Sequence record: SRR31156797_2750
Length of the DNA: 64,000 bases
Strand: one strand, 5' to 3'
Part shown: in pieces, positions 1 to 9,284 of the stretch
Layout: each line of letters begins with the position of its first letter
Position numbering within the stretch: position 1 is the first letter of the stretch
The notes under the pieces: generated by a model
What the model was told of the DNA's origin: nothing
The model's input: the letters and a program-made list of their open reading frames with translations, nothing else
Database searches by the model: none
Program-made: the position numbers and the translations under genes

Positions 1-997
1 TATCGCGAATGTGTTCTGCTTCGACAGCCTGTTGTCTGGAAAGAATTTTTTGGTGACGTTCTCTCAGAAGAAGGCGAGTCAGTATGGCAAGACCGATAAG
101 GACAAAAGTTGTTAAAGACATGCCCAAAGTTCTTTCCCATAAAGCACTTTGTTCCAATAGATAGAGAATCTCCCAGTTCATACCCGGAATGGATCGAGTA
201 TTTTCAAAAAAACGTTCCTTATTTATAATTACTTCATCCATGAAGCCCATTCGTGTCGTGTGTTTTGATGGAAGATGCTTGAGTTTTAATTTTGGATATT
301 GGCCGCGTTCATTGATTTTTTTCAGTGTATCATTCGAGAGAGGTTTTAATGTCCTATATTTCCAACTTGGACGACTCGACAAGATAATGACTCCATTGGC
401 GTCAACGACGAATACAGTCTCGCCACCTTCTTGCCATAGGTTCTCCAGAGACGAGAGAACTATTTTGGCTACAGCGACACCAATAATCTTTTCGTTGCTA
501 CTGATTGGGTGAGAAATATAAAATCCGGGTTCTCCAATCGTTATACCAACACCAAAAAACATACCATTTTTACCAAGGATGGCATCTTTAAAATATGGAC
601 GAAAACTCAGATTTAAACCAATGAAGTTCTTTGGTTTTTTCCAGTTACTCGATGCGATGACAATTCCATTTTCATTAATTACATAGACAGCGGCAGAACC
701 CGAATTAAGACTTGCAGATTCCAGAAAAGAGTTTACTTCCCCAACATGACCATCACCTTCAAGAAGATCCCTAACAATCTCCGTTTCCGAGATAAGAAAC
801 GGAAGATATTCATGTTTTTTGAGAGCCGACTGGAGAGTGCTTTCGTATAATGTTAGTCGTTCATTGGAAACGCGATCGAGATCTTGGATGTAGTCATACT
901 GAACAATTAAGGCCACGAGCACCGGGATGCCGATCATGAACATGAACGTCAAGAGAATCGGAATTGCTTTGGCCTTATATGTCTTGAATAACTGCAT
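1..997 (-). CDS. Membrane sensor protein with DctB-like periplasmic dCache domain, 5' part only (continues past window start)
   Basis: Hand translation from ATG 997: MQLFKTYKAKAIPILLTFMFMIGIPVLVALIV (TM)...RLTLYESTLQSALKKHEYLPFLI...NLSFRPYFKDAILG...GITIGEPGFYISHPI, which are DctB-type sensor motifs. Absent from the ORF track because its stop lies outside the window. Output domain not visible. Confidence 0.75.
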   Translation of the reverse strand, partial: MQLFKTYKAKAIPILLTFMFMIGIPVLVALIVQYDYIQDLDRVSNERLTLYESTLQSALKKHEYLPFLISETEIVRDLLEGDGHVGEVNSFLESASLNSGSAAVYVINENGIVIASSNWKKPKNFIGLNLSFRPYFKDAILGKNGMFFGVGITIGEPGFYISHPISSNEKIIGVAVAKIVLSSLENLWQEGGETVFVVDANGVIILSSRPSWKYRTLKPLSNDTLKKINERGQYPKLKLKHLPSKHTTRMGFMDEVIINKERFFENTRSIPGMNWEILYLLEQSALWERTLGMSLTTFVLIGLAILTRLLLRERHQKILSRQQAVEAEHIRD

Positions 998-1253
998 ATG
1001 AATACTCGTTATTTGCTGAGTGTTGTAGTCGTCAATGTGACCTTTTTGAATTACCCGATGTTATATGCGGTCAGTATATTGGTTTGATATTGAGAAACTC
1101 TTCGGCGAAAAACCGCTTGTTTTATAGCGTGTGAAAAAAGCTATGCTTTTTACAAATTTTCTAACTATTTGATTTAATATGTTTTTAAATATTCTGTTGC
1201 AGTCGAAGTTACTTTGATTAAGCAAGAACAGTACCGGGACGAATCTAACAGGG

Positions 1254-3437
1254 CTACTTTTGGAAATTGTCTGTGGTTACAATCTGCATATCGGGAGTAA
1301 ACCATATAGCTGACGCCATAGGATATTCTTTTTTCATGATATTTTTACCTTTATGAGGTCCAAGAATAAAGAGTGCGGTTGCTAATGCATCTGCCTTTTC
1401 CGCGCTGTTGGCGATGACGGTAACCCCCACCGATGCGTTGGCAGAACTCATATCGGATGGATTAATGATATGGTGTCGAAGTTCTTTCTTTCCATGGTCT
1501 TCGACGGTGACAAACTGTTGATAGTCCCCAGAGCCACATACTCCTTTTTCACGAACCGTAATGGTTTGATATACCGCATCGGAACGAGGATGCCGTATGC
1601 CGACGGTCCAATCTTTGTCACCAAAACAATAGAAATCTCCCCCGGCCTCTACGATGCCTGATTGGATGCCCTGTTTACGAAGCAGGGTAACTGCGGCATC
1701 AATGATCGTGCCTTTGGCTATTCCTCCGAGATCAAGAGCCATTCCGTGTTTTTTCAGTCGAATACGTTTGTTTTTATCATCAACGGCGATCATGTTGTGA
1801 TCGACAAGTCCCTTTTTCATCTGGGTCAAAGTTTCATCAAGAGCATAGTAGAGAGGAGAGGTCGTTAATGCACCAATTGTCGGGTCAAATGCCCCGTCAG
1901 TTTTTTTACTATATTCGAGGGCTCGATTGATAAGGGCGTATGATCTGGTTGACGGCGTTACCCAATATTGGCCGGCTCCTCGGTTGATTCTTCCGATTGA
2001 ACCATCCAAATTGCGATGATCGTAATCTTTTTGCAGCATCCTCATGGCGGTGATTGTTTTACGAGCGGCTTTGTCTGCGGCAGCCTGACTTCGTGCCGTG
2101 ATGGTCAGATTAATTATTGTTCCCAGGCCGACGTCGGTGAATCGGTATATATTTTCGTCTTTGTTTACGGGGAAAAGATGTGTTTGAGGAATAGCCAAGA
2201 AATATAGAGGAATTGCGGCTAGCAATGCGCAACAAAGGGCACCACCCCATGAAAGTGTTTTTCCCCAATACAGGTGATTTCGAAAGCTGGAAGAAAGCAG
2301 GGGAATACAGGAAAAAACACCTATTATCGCAACCAATTGCAAGGCTGGTGCAACCGAGTGAGTGATTTGAATCAAAAATCCGCCAAGAAGTGGGCCAAGA
2401 AGAAATCCGAGTCCGGCAGCAAAATGTGTTGTACCAAAGGCCATGCCTTGATTTTTGGACATATCTGATGCGGCGGCCATAGAGGCAGGAATGGATATGG
2501 CGGTTCCAAGCCCCATAACTGCTCCCCAGAGAATAAAATGCCATGGTTCTTTACTTGTTCCGAGGGCAAAGAGGGCGCTTGCGCTGAGGAGCATACCAAA
2601 AACAATCGAGCTGAGTTGTGTCTTCTGGGCATGCAATCTTCCCATGAGCGGAAGGCATATGCTTGTTGTAAAGGTTGGTATTGCATATAAAACAGCAATT
2701 TCAAATCCGGTCCATCCCAAGTTTATCGTCAGAAGAATCGGATAAAAAGCTGTGAGTAGTCCAATTCCAAGAGTCCGACCGAATATGGAGCATAGAAGGT
2801 ATGTCGCATCAAGTTTTCCGAGAACAGAGTGCTGGGCAGTGTTTTCATTTCTGACTGTTTGCGTGTTTTTAGGTAGAAAAAAAAGGATAATCAATGATGA
2901 CAGCCCCATGCAAATGGACAAACCCAGAAGCGGTGGTTTGATGGAGCGGTTAAGATAAAGGAAACCACCAAGAAGAGGCCCGCAAAAAAGGGCGATGTTG
3001 AACGCCATCGAATATAATGCAAACCAACGCGGAAGTTTTTTTGTGGGGCCATTCCCACCCAATGTGGCCATTCCAATTGGTTTGATAAGACCGGAAACAA
3101 TCCCCAAGGTAAATTGAATGGCGTAGAGAACCGTTAAATCCGCATGGAAAAAGTACAGTAAGGGAGCAACACTCCCAACCAATGTCGTGATAAGGAGCGG
3201 CAAACGTGGGCCAACCTTGTCTCCTAAAAGACCCGCAACCGGTGCTATCAGCAATTTGGCAAAATAGTATCCCGCAAAAGCACTTCCAAGCCAGATGCCG
3301 CTGATTCTTTCATCGAAAGATAAGAGCGGAATAGTAAATGAAAATAGTCCGATACCTAATGTAGAAAAAAGTCCGCTTGAAAGTATTGCCCAAAAGATGC
3401 GGCCAGAATGGGGAATGTGGGGATCAGAAGTGCTCAT
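1254..3437 (-). CDS. Fusion of an MFS transporter (N-terminal) and a FAD:protein FMN transferase, ApbE family (C-terminal)
   Basis: About 12 hydrophobic segments with MFS motif A (GLLGDKVGPR), one extra TM segment, then ApbE motifs FDPTIG, LDLGGIAKG, VEAGGD, SGDYQQF, HHIINP, ADALATA, all in one uninterrupted frame. Confidence 0.9.
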   Translation of the reverse strand: MSTSDPHIPHSGRIFWAILSSGLFSTLGIGLFSFTIPLLSFDERISGIWLGSAFAGYYFAKLLIAPVAGLLGDKVGPRLPLLITTLVGSVAPLLYFFHADLTVLYAIQFTLGIVSGLIKPIGMATLGGNGPTKKLPRWFALYSMAFNIALFCGPLLGGFLYLNRSIKPPLLGLSICMGLSSLIILFFLPKNTQTVRNENTAQHSVLGKLDATYLLCSIFGRTLGIGLLTAFYPILLTINLGWTGFEIAVLYAIPTFTTSICLPLMGRLHAQKTQLSSIVFGMLLSASALFALGTSKEPWHFILWGAVMGLGTAISIPASMAAASDMSKNQGMAFGTTHFAAGLGFLLGPLLGGFLIQITHSVAPALQLVAIIGVFSCIPLLSSSFRNHLYWGKTLSWGGALCCALLAAIPLYFLAIPQTHLFPVNKDENIYRFTDVGLGTIINLTITARSQAAADKAARKTITAMRMLQKDYDHRNLDGSIGRINRGAGQYWVTPSTRSYALINRALEYSKKTDGAFDPTIGALTTSPLYYALDETLTQMKKGLVDHNMIAVDDKNKRIRLKKHGMALDLGGIAKGTIIDAAVTLLRKQGIQSGIVEAGGDFYCFGDKDWTVGIRHPRSDAVYQTITVREKGVCGSGDYQQFVTVEDHGKKELRHHIINPSDMSSANASVGVTVIANSAEKADALATALFILGPHKGKNIMKKEYPMASAIWFTPDMQIVTTDNFQK

Positions 3438-3553
3438 ACTGATTCATGTCCTGATTTGAGTCTTTCTGACTATAAATAGCCATGAATGGCAAGCTGTTCG
3501 TGTGTTTACAAGGACATTACACCAAGAGAATAAGTTGAATTTGTTACTCGAAC

Positions 3554-3598
3554 ATAAAAGAAGACCTTGCAAAAAATATATGCAAGGTCTTCTTTTAT
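3554..3598. terminator. Rho-independent terminator (18-bp perfect inverted repeat) after the TPR gene
   Basis: ataaaagaagaccttgca / tgcaaggtcttcttttat. Confidence 0.8.
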
Positions 3599-3624
3599 TT
3601 CAATTTTACATGATTTGTAGATGG

Positions 3625-5715
3625 TTAGAACGGATAAACCAAAGTGCTGTCTGTATTCTTTTGTTTGCCTATTTTTTTGTTAATGGCATCAATACGGGCT
3701 TTCGCAGCTTCGCGTTGTTCTTTGCGGGCAGCATTGCGGACAACCGTTCCGAGCAAGCGTTTGGCCGTTTCGTATTTCCCTCGTTTTTCATAAATGAGAG
3801 AAGCTCGATACATCGCTGTCAGCGCCCAAATGTTTTCTTGTGGGTACTGCCAGGCCAGTTTTAGATAATAATCCAAGGCCTTATCCATATTCCGCATGGC
3901 GTGTTCGCCTTCGCCTAACCAGAATAATGTTTCAGCCTGAAGGGCGGTCGTCATAGTGGCACGATTGTCCCACATGGCCAGCAATTCTTTTTGTGCTGTT
4001 TTATATTCTTTTCGCTGTTGATACAGCAATGCCATACGTAAACGGGTCATGACAGGGATAGCTGTGCCGGTTTTGACCATTTCCTTATATGTATCTAGTG
4101 CAGCGGACTGTCTGCCGGAATCAAGTTCAATACGTGTTTTGATGTCTAACCATGAGGTTTTAAGGTTTGAGGGAAGGCTTGGTTCATCTATTTGGTTCAA
4201 ATAAAATGCGCTTAACTGTAAATTTTTGGCCTTGGCTGCATCATTTGCCAAATAGAGGAGACCTTGAATACCAAAGGATGAATCATCAAAGAGAAAAGCA
4301 GACCGTTTAGCCAAAGAAATAGATGGTTTATCATTAAAGAGTTGTTGCCAGTATGCAAGCAATAACAATTTGTCCAAGGGATATCGATCCAGAGAAAGCG
4401 AAGCAAGCTGTTTACTCGGTGCTGTTGTCCAGAAAGGAGCTTCGGTTTGAGCGTTTACATCTTGTCCGGCTGCACCGGAAAGGGCGGTCAAAATGGGGTA
4501 TAAGGCATAGGATATAGCCGGTTTTTCTGGTAGGATATTGTTAAAGTTGTCCTTGAAGGTTAGGAGTCCTGCAAGACGAAGTGAGATAGGAAGATTTTTT
4601 TTATTTGAAGAATTCCAGATAGTTTTGGATGTTATAACATCGCCGCTTGATAATGTTAAAGCAAGTTTAAAGTTTGTGAGAAGGGCGGATGTTTGCTCAG
4701 AAATGAGCATGGATCCCAGTTCATTATCAATCGCCTTTTTGGCGTTATCAAGAGACATGGTTAGCAAATTATTTCTGAATTGAGTCCATGGTCCTGAATG
4801 AGGATTGCCCAGAAACCACTGACTTCTGGATATGGAATAGGGAGCCAGAAGATTTCCAGCCCAAAAAGCATTGGCTTTTAGATAATTTCCGGTGGTGAAA
4901 GGTGCAAGGTCCGTAGGTAGGGTGCCATTTTCAAGGAAGATTAATATTGATTCCCAGAAAATTTTGACGGTTTCTTGTGAAATTTGGTCAATCTGATTCT
5001 TCGCTTCATCAAACTTTTCCAATGACGCTGAAGCCATGGCCTGTGCAATTAATTTTGTATCCTCAGGGAGGAGGAACGGAGCTGTTACGGACGGAGGTGT
5101 TTTCGTTCCTGTTGCGTTTTCTTCTTTTAATTTCGAAGGCTTAGCAGTTGTGAGTGTTTTAGTAACGTTCCAGAAATCATCATTCCACACACGCTGTCCA
5201 ACGGCCATCACCAAGTTGAGTGCTTCATGTTGAGAAGATCTGGAAAGAGTATGATTTGCAGTATATGACCAGTACATTTTGAGCCAGACATCATGCCATA
5301 TGTCATCAAGTTCAGGTTCTGCTTTTAAACGACGTTGGGCGGCTGAATCATCCATGAATTTTGTAGCCTGAGTGAACCAGAGGACGGCCTTTGAAAGGTC
5401 ACCTAGTCCACGATATGCCTGACCACCAAGCCACAGTCTTTCCGCTTCAAGAGATCGATCATTAAAAGCGGGTGTCATTTCAATTATTTCAAGTGTTTTT
5501 GATGGTGAATTAAGATTCAAATACACTTGGGCCCGTTTGAGTATTGCCTCAGGAGAGTCTTCTGTAGCCTCGGTTGTATATTCCTTTTCAAGACGATCCC
5601 AAGCACCATAATGTTCAAGCCATTGTTGAAAGGTCTGTTTTTGTGCTGCCAGACTGTTTGTACTTGGAACAAGCAAGCAGACGATTAAAGCGAAAAAGGA
5701 GAGCGAAAGTTTCAT
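3625..5715 (-). CDS. Exported tetratricopeptide-repeat protein
   Basis: Signal peptide (..SLAA), with helical TPR-like repeats at both ends (e.g. AETLFWLGEGEHAMRNMDKALDYYLKL). Confidence 0.75.
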   Translation of the reverse strand: MKLSLSFFALIVCLLVPSTNSLAAQKQTFQQWLEHYGAWDRLEKEYTTEATEDSPEAILKRAQVYLNLNSPSKTLEIIEMTPAFNDRSLEAERLWLGGQAYRGLGDLSKAVLWFTQATKFMDDSAAQRRLKAEPELDDIWHDVWLKMYWSYTANHTLSRSSQHEALNLVMAVGQRVWNDDFWNVTKTLTTAKPSKLKEENATGTKTPPSVTAPFLLPEDTKLIAQAMASASLEKFDEAKNQIDQISQETVKIFWESILIFLENGTLPTDLAPFTTGNYLKANAFWAGNLLAPYSISRSQWFLGNPHSGPWTQFRNNLLTMSLDNAKKAIDNELGSMLISEQTSALLTNFKLALTLSSGDVITSKTIWNSSNKKNLPISLRLAGLLTFKDNFNNILPEKPAISYALYPILTALSGAAGQDVNAQTEAPFWTTAPSKQLASLSLDRYPLDKLLLLAYWQQLFNDKPSISLAKRSAFLFDDSSFGIQGLLYLANDAAKAKNLQLSAFYLNQIDEPSLPSNLKTSWLDIKTRIELDSGRQSAALDTYKEMVKTGTAIPVMTRLRMALLYQQRKEYKTAQKELLAMWDNRATMTTALQAETLFWLGEGEHAMRNMDKALDYYLKLAWQYPQENIWALTAMYRASLIYEKRGKYETAKRLLGTVVRNAARKEQREAAKARIDAINKKIGKQKNTDSTLVYPF

Positions 5716-5888
5716 GGTCCCTCAAATGCCGTAAACGGCTTTTTATTGTCTTCGATTAGGCATTCTTATCAGTCTCGAAAAAAACTCTCAATGGTGAGTT
5801 TGTAGAAGTTGAACCATCGAACGCAAAAAAGGGGATGTCTGATTTTTAACGGAAGTTATTAAAGTTGTTTTACACTTCATTTGTTAAA

Positions 5889-5916
5889 AGTTTACATAAT
5901 TTACATTATGAGACAA
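5889..5916 (-). other. dif: dif site (XerC/XerD chromosome dimer resolution site)
   Basis: Minus strand reads TTGTCTCATAA-TGTAAA-TTATGTAAACT, an 11-6-11 layout closely matching E. coli dif GGTGCGCATAA-TGTATA-TTATGTTAAAT. Intergenic and AT-rich; xerD lies 2.4 kb away. Confidence 0.85.
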
Positions 5917-6103
5917 ATTCATAAACAATTGAAATACATGATTTGTTCTGACTTAAAGCTCACAGTGTCTCAGGTCGTCTCCGTCCGTCAGCTTATCAGT
6001 AAGTCGGTCGGTGGCGTTAAATGCTTTGTGCGGTAATTCGGTTGATTTTATGGCCTGCAGGTCGAATTGATCGGGCAAAACCGTTAGAGGCTGAATGAGA
6101 GCC

Positions 6104-6136
6104 AAAAAAAAGGCCCTGTTCAGGGCCTTTCTCTTT
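6104..6136. terminator. Terminator for the dapL-folK-small ORF transcript (potentially bidirectional)
   Basis: aaaaaaaaggccctg ttc agggcctttctcttt. Confidence 0.75.
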
Positions 6137-6155
6137 GTATGATGTGTTGAAAGTT

Positions 6156-6434
6156 CTATTCGTCGTCTTTTTCGATGGTCGTAGCTTGAATTTGCTTCAA
6201 GTATTTGTCCCGACATTCATAGGAACAGAACATGTGAACCTTGTCCCCTTCCCGAACTCGAATGGAACTGTCTTTTTCGACATACGTACCGCAAACCGGG
6301 TCTTTGACCATTTCGCCGGAGGCTACTTTATCCTTGATGACCTTTTCGCTTTGCATTTCCTTTTTCTTCTTGTCGCCCATGAAGAGCTTGTAAACAAGAA
6401 AAAGTGCTACGCCAATGACCAGGAATTTCAGCAT
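6156..6434 (-). CDS. Small membrane-anchored YHS/TRASH-type metal-binding protein
   Basis: N-terminal TM segment, then DPVCGTYV...FCSYEC motif. Confidence 0.75.
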   Translation of the reverse strand: MLKFLVIGVALFLVYKLFMGDKKKKEMQSEKVIKDKVASGEMVKDPVCGTYVEKDSSIRVREGDKVHMFCSYECRDKYLKQIQATTIEKDDE

Positions 6435-6458
6435 GGTATGTCTCTTTTGTGTATTGGG

Positions 6459-6959
6459 TTAGGCTTTTTGCCAGATTTTTCTATCTTCGATCTGGTATTC
6501 AATGGCATCCAAGGCTTCATCGACGGTTGTTCCATCGGGGAATACATAGTCCGGTGCAATTTCTTTGAGAGGAACGAGAACAAAAGCCCTTTCCTTTGCT
6601 CGTGGATGCGGTAAAGTCAGGAAATCCATGTCCATGGTCACGTCACCCCAGGCAACGATATCCATATCCAACGGCCTAGGCCCACCCTTTACCGTTCTTT
6701 CACGTCCCATTTTAGCTTCAATAGCCGTACACGTGGACATAAAACCTTGTGGTGACCAAATTTCGGCATCGATTTCCAATGCGATTACTTGGTTAGTAAA
6801 CCACTGTTGATCCTTGACTTCGCCCTGCGGTTCGGTCTCGTAATATTCGGATACTGCCTTGAGACGTATCTCATCTCCATAGTCTTCCAGCTTAATTAAT
6901 GCTTCGTGCAGATTGTCTTCGGTGTCTCCAATGTTGGAGCCGAGGCTGACATAGCATAT
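6459..6959 (-). CDS. folK: 2-amino-4-hydroxy-6-hydroxymethyldihydropteridine diphosphokinase (start non-canonical and uncertain: 6959, 6971 or 6980)
   Basis: Frame is open upstream of the ORF-track start and encodes ICYVSLGSNIG, YETEPQG, WFTNQV; downstream GPRPLDMDI, LTLPHPR, RAFVLVPL. Confidence 0.9.
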   Translation of the reverse strand: MCYVSLGSNIGDTEDNLHEALIKLEDYGDEIRLKAVSEYYETEPQGEVKDQQWFTNQVIALEIDAEIWSPQGFMSTCTAIEAKMGRERTVKGGPRPLDMDIVAWGDVTMDMDFLTLPHPRAKERAFVLVPLKEIAPDYVFPDGTTVDEALDAIEYQIEDRKIWQKA

Positions 6960-8125
6960 TACAGTTTCGATATTCTGGATACCGCCTCCTCAAGCAGATC
7001 GTTATTCACAGTCAGGGAGATACGAAAATACCCTTCTCCCGGTGTTCCGAAACCATTGCCGGGTGTGAGTACAACGCCTGTCTGTTTCAGGACGTTCGTC
7101 ACGAATTCCGACGAGTTATTTCCATCAGGTACATTGCACCACAAATAGAAGGAAGCGTCGGGGACGCGATGGTTTATGCCCACCTTGGTCAAGGCGGCAC
7201 TGACCACGTCTCTGCGTTCCTTATAAATGGCGCGGAATTTTTCAGCGTAGGGTTCGCCGTTGCGAAGCGCTGCGATACCGGCCTCCTGAACAGCTTGGAA
7301 AATGCCTGAATCCACATTTTCTTTGATCTTGCCCAGACCGGCGACCAGATCACTGTTACCTACAGCCATGCCGACACGCCAGCCAGTCATGTTGTAGGTT
7401 TTGGACAGTGAGTGGAATTCGATGCATACCTCTTTGGCATGTTCGCATTCCATGATTGAAATAGGACGATTGTTCGGATCGTAGTAAATTTCAGTGTAGG
7501 CGGCGTCAGAGATGACGATTACGTTGAATTCACGGGCTTTTTCAATCAGTCGATCATAAAATTCTTTGGTGGCTGTAGCTGCTGTCGGGTTGTTGGGATA
7601 GCAGACAAAGATCATCTTGGCCTTGGACCAAGTGTCATTGCTGATTGCTTCAAGGTCAACCAGATAGTCGTTTTCTTCCAGCAGTGGCAGATATTCAACT
7701 ACTCCACCGGCAAATTCAGTTGCTACACCATAGACCGGGTAATTGGGCGTAGCCACAAGAGCCAAGTCGCCAGGGTTGATATATGCCAGCGGGAAATGAG
7801 CAATGCCCTCTTTGGAGCCGATAAGGCTAACCACTTCGGTTTGAGCGTCAAGGTCCACGTCAAAGCGTTCCTTGTACCAGTCTGCCACGGCCTGACGATA
7901 GGCTGGCATGCCTACATACGAAGGATACTGGTGATTAACGGGCTTTTTAGCTCCTTCATACAGAGCCTCGATGATAAAGTCCGGTGTGGGGAGGTCTGGA
8001 TCACCGATACCCAGGCTGATGATGTCCATGCCCTTGGCGGCCACTTCTGCTTTGGCCTTGTCGATGGCTGCAAAAAGATATGGGGGCAGCGTTGAAAGGC
8101 GGTCGGCCAATTTAAAATTAGACAT
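6959..8125 (-). CDS. dapL: LL-diaminopimelate aminotransferase
   Basis: Class I PLP aminotransferase: LPPYLFA, SLGIGDPD, YPNNPT, SLSKTYNMTGWRVG. SD AAGGAG before ATG 8125. Confidence 0.88.
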   Translation of the reverse strand: MSNFKLADRLSTLPPYLFAAIDKAKAEVAAKGMDIISLGIGDPDLPTPDFIIEALYEGAKKPVNHQYPSYVGMPAYRQAVADWYKERFDVDLDAQTEVVSLIGSKEGIAHFPLAYINPGDLALVATPNYPVYGVATEFAGGVVEYLPLLEENDYLVDLEAISNDTWSKAKMIFVCYPNNPTAATATKEFYDRLIEKAREFNVIVISDAAYTEIYYDPNNRPISIMECEHAKEVCIEFHSLSKTYNMTGWRVGMAVGNSDLVAGLGKIKENVDSGIFQAVQEAGIAALRNGEPYAEKFRAIYKERRDVVSAALTKVGINHRVPDASFYLWCNVPDGNNSSEFVTNVLKQTGVVLTPGNGFGTPGEGYFRISLTVNNDLLEEAVSRISKL

Positions 8126-8162
8126 GTATGAATTCTCCTTAAATTTCTTCAATGCAAGCACT

Positions 8163-8191
8163 TTCATAATTGCGGCTTGACCCTGTGTCAA
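8163..8191 (-). promoter_or_regulatory. Putative sigma70 promoter of dapL
   Basis: TTGACA-17 nt-TATGAA on the minus strand. Confidence 0.55.
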
Positions 8192-8336
8192 TCCGAACTG
8201 TTGCGCTTTGGGCAGTCCCTTGGTAGCACCTCAAGAGTCAGTAGTGCCGTTTACTTGTATCCAATGTCAGGGCTACTCTTATTCTTATGATATCATCCAA
8301 TACTTTAATTGTATCAAATATGATCTGGTCGTGATC

Positions 8337-9260
8337 ATGAATCGAAAAAATAATAATAAATTAAGCAAAAACGTAAACCATCCATGGGTTGATCGTTATT
8401 TGGAATATGTTTTAATCGAAAAGGGGCTGTCAGAGAACAGTTTGGCCGGTTACGCCGAGGACTTACATTCCTTGTTGGCCTTTTTGAATGACAAATCCTT
8501 TTTGCTGAAGGACCTTTCGGACAAGACTCTCTTTCTTTATTTGACATATTTACGGGCCAAGGGGCTGAAAAGTCGCTCTTTAGCTCGTCATCTGTCATCG
8601 CTCCGTGGTTTTTTTGCATATGCCGTCGGTGAAAAGTGGTACAAGGAAGATCCCGGACATCTTTTGGAGAACCCTAAACTTCCAAAGAAACTCCCAGAAT
8701 TTTTGACCAAAGAGGAAATATCCCGCCTACTCGCTTTACCCGATACTTCCACCAAGCTTGGAATGCGGGACAAAGTCATGTTGGAGCTATTGTATGCGGC
8801 AGGTCTGCGTGTTTCAGAACTTATTGCGATGAAAGTGCTCGATTTTGATCCGCAGGTGGGTATGCTTAGAGTCTTTGGCAAGGGAGCTAAGGAACGTCTC
8901 ATACCAATTCATTACACGGCGCAAGACTATTTGAATCAATATATTGAATTTACCCGCCCTTCTTTTAAGCCAGTTGAGGATTTCATGTTTCTCAATCGTT
9001 CCGGTAAAGGATTGACTCGCCAAGGTGTATGGAAGTTAATCAAGAAATTTGCTACATTGGCTGAGATAAAGCGATCCATATCTCCGCATACCTTCAGGCA
9101 TTCTTTTGCCACACATCTTTTGGAAGGTGGTGCAGATTTGAGGACGGTACAACTGCTTCTTGGGCATGCTGATATCAGTGCTACGGAGATTTATACGCAT
9201 GTGGAGTCCAATAGGCTGAAGAGCCTTCACCAAAGATTTCATCCTCGCTCATCAATGTGA
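8337..9260 (+). CDS. xerD: Site-specific tyrosine recombinase XerD
   Basis: EKGLSENSLAGY, LELLYAAGLRVSEL, GKGAKERLIP, SPHTFRHSFATHLLEGGADLR, LLGHADISATEIYTHV, HPR end. ATG 8337 preferred over TTG 8208. Confidence 0.92.
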   Translation: MNRKNNNKLSKNVNHPWVDRYLEYVLIEKGLSENSLAGYAEDLHSLLAFLNDKSFLLKDLSDKTLFLYLTYLRAKGLKSRSLARHLSSLRGFFAYAVGEKWYKEDPGHLLENPKLPKKLPEFLTKEEISRLLALPDTSTKLGMRDKVMLELLYAAGLRVSELIAMKVLDFDPQVGMLRVFGKGAKERLIPIHYTAQDYLNQYIEFTRPSFKPVEDFMFLNRSGKGLTRQGVWKLIKKFATLAEIKRSISPHTFRHSFATHLLEGGADLRTVQLLLGHADISATEIYTHVESNRLKSLHQRFHPRSSM

Positions 9261-9284
9261 GTCTGAGAACAGAGTAAAAATATA

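Noticed and set aside
5953-6216. 87-aa minus-strand ORF, or a possible sRNA between dif and the terminator
   Set aside because: The ORF crosses a terminator and overlaps the YHS gene. I could not find a convincing fold or known RNA motif in 5950-6100.
8208-9260. Tyrosine recombinase as a prophage or island integrase
   Set aside because: Sequence motifs are XerD-type and the flanks are housekeeping genes with no att repeats or cargo.
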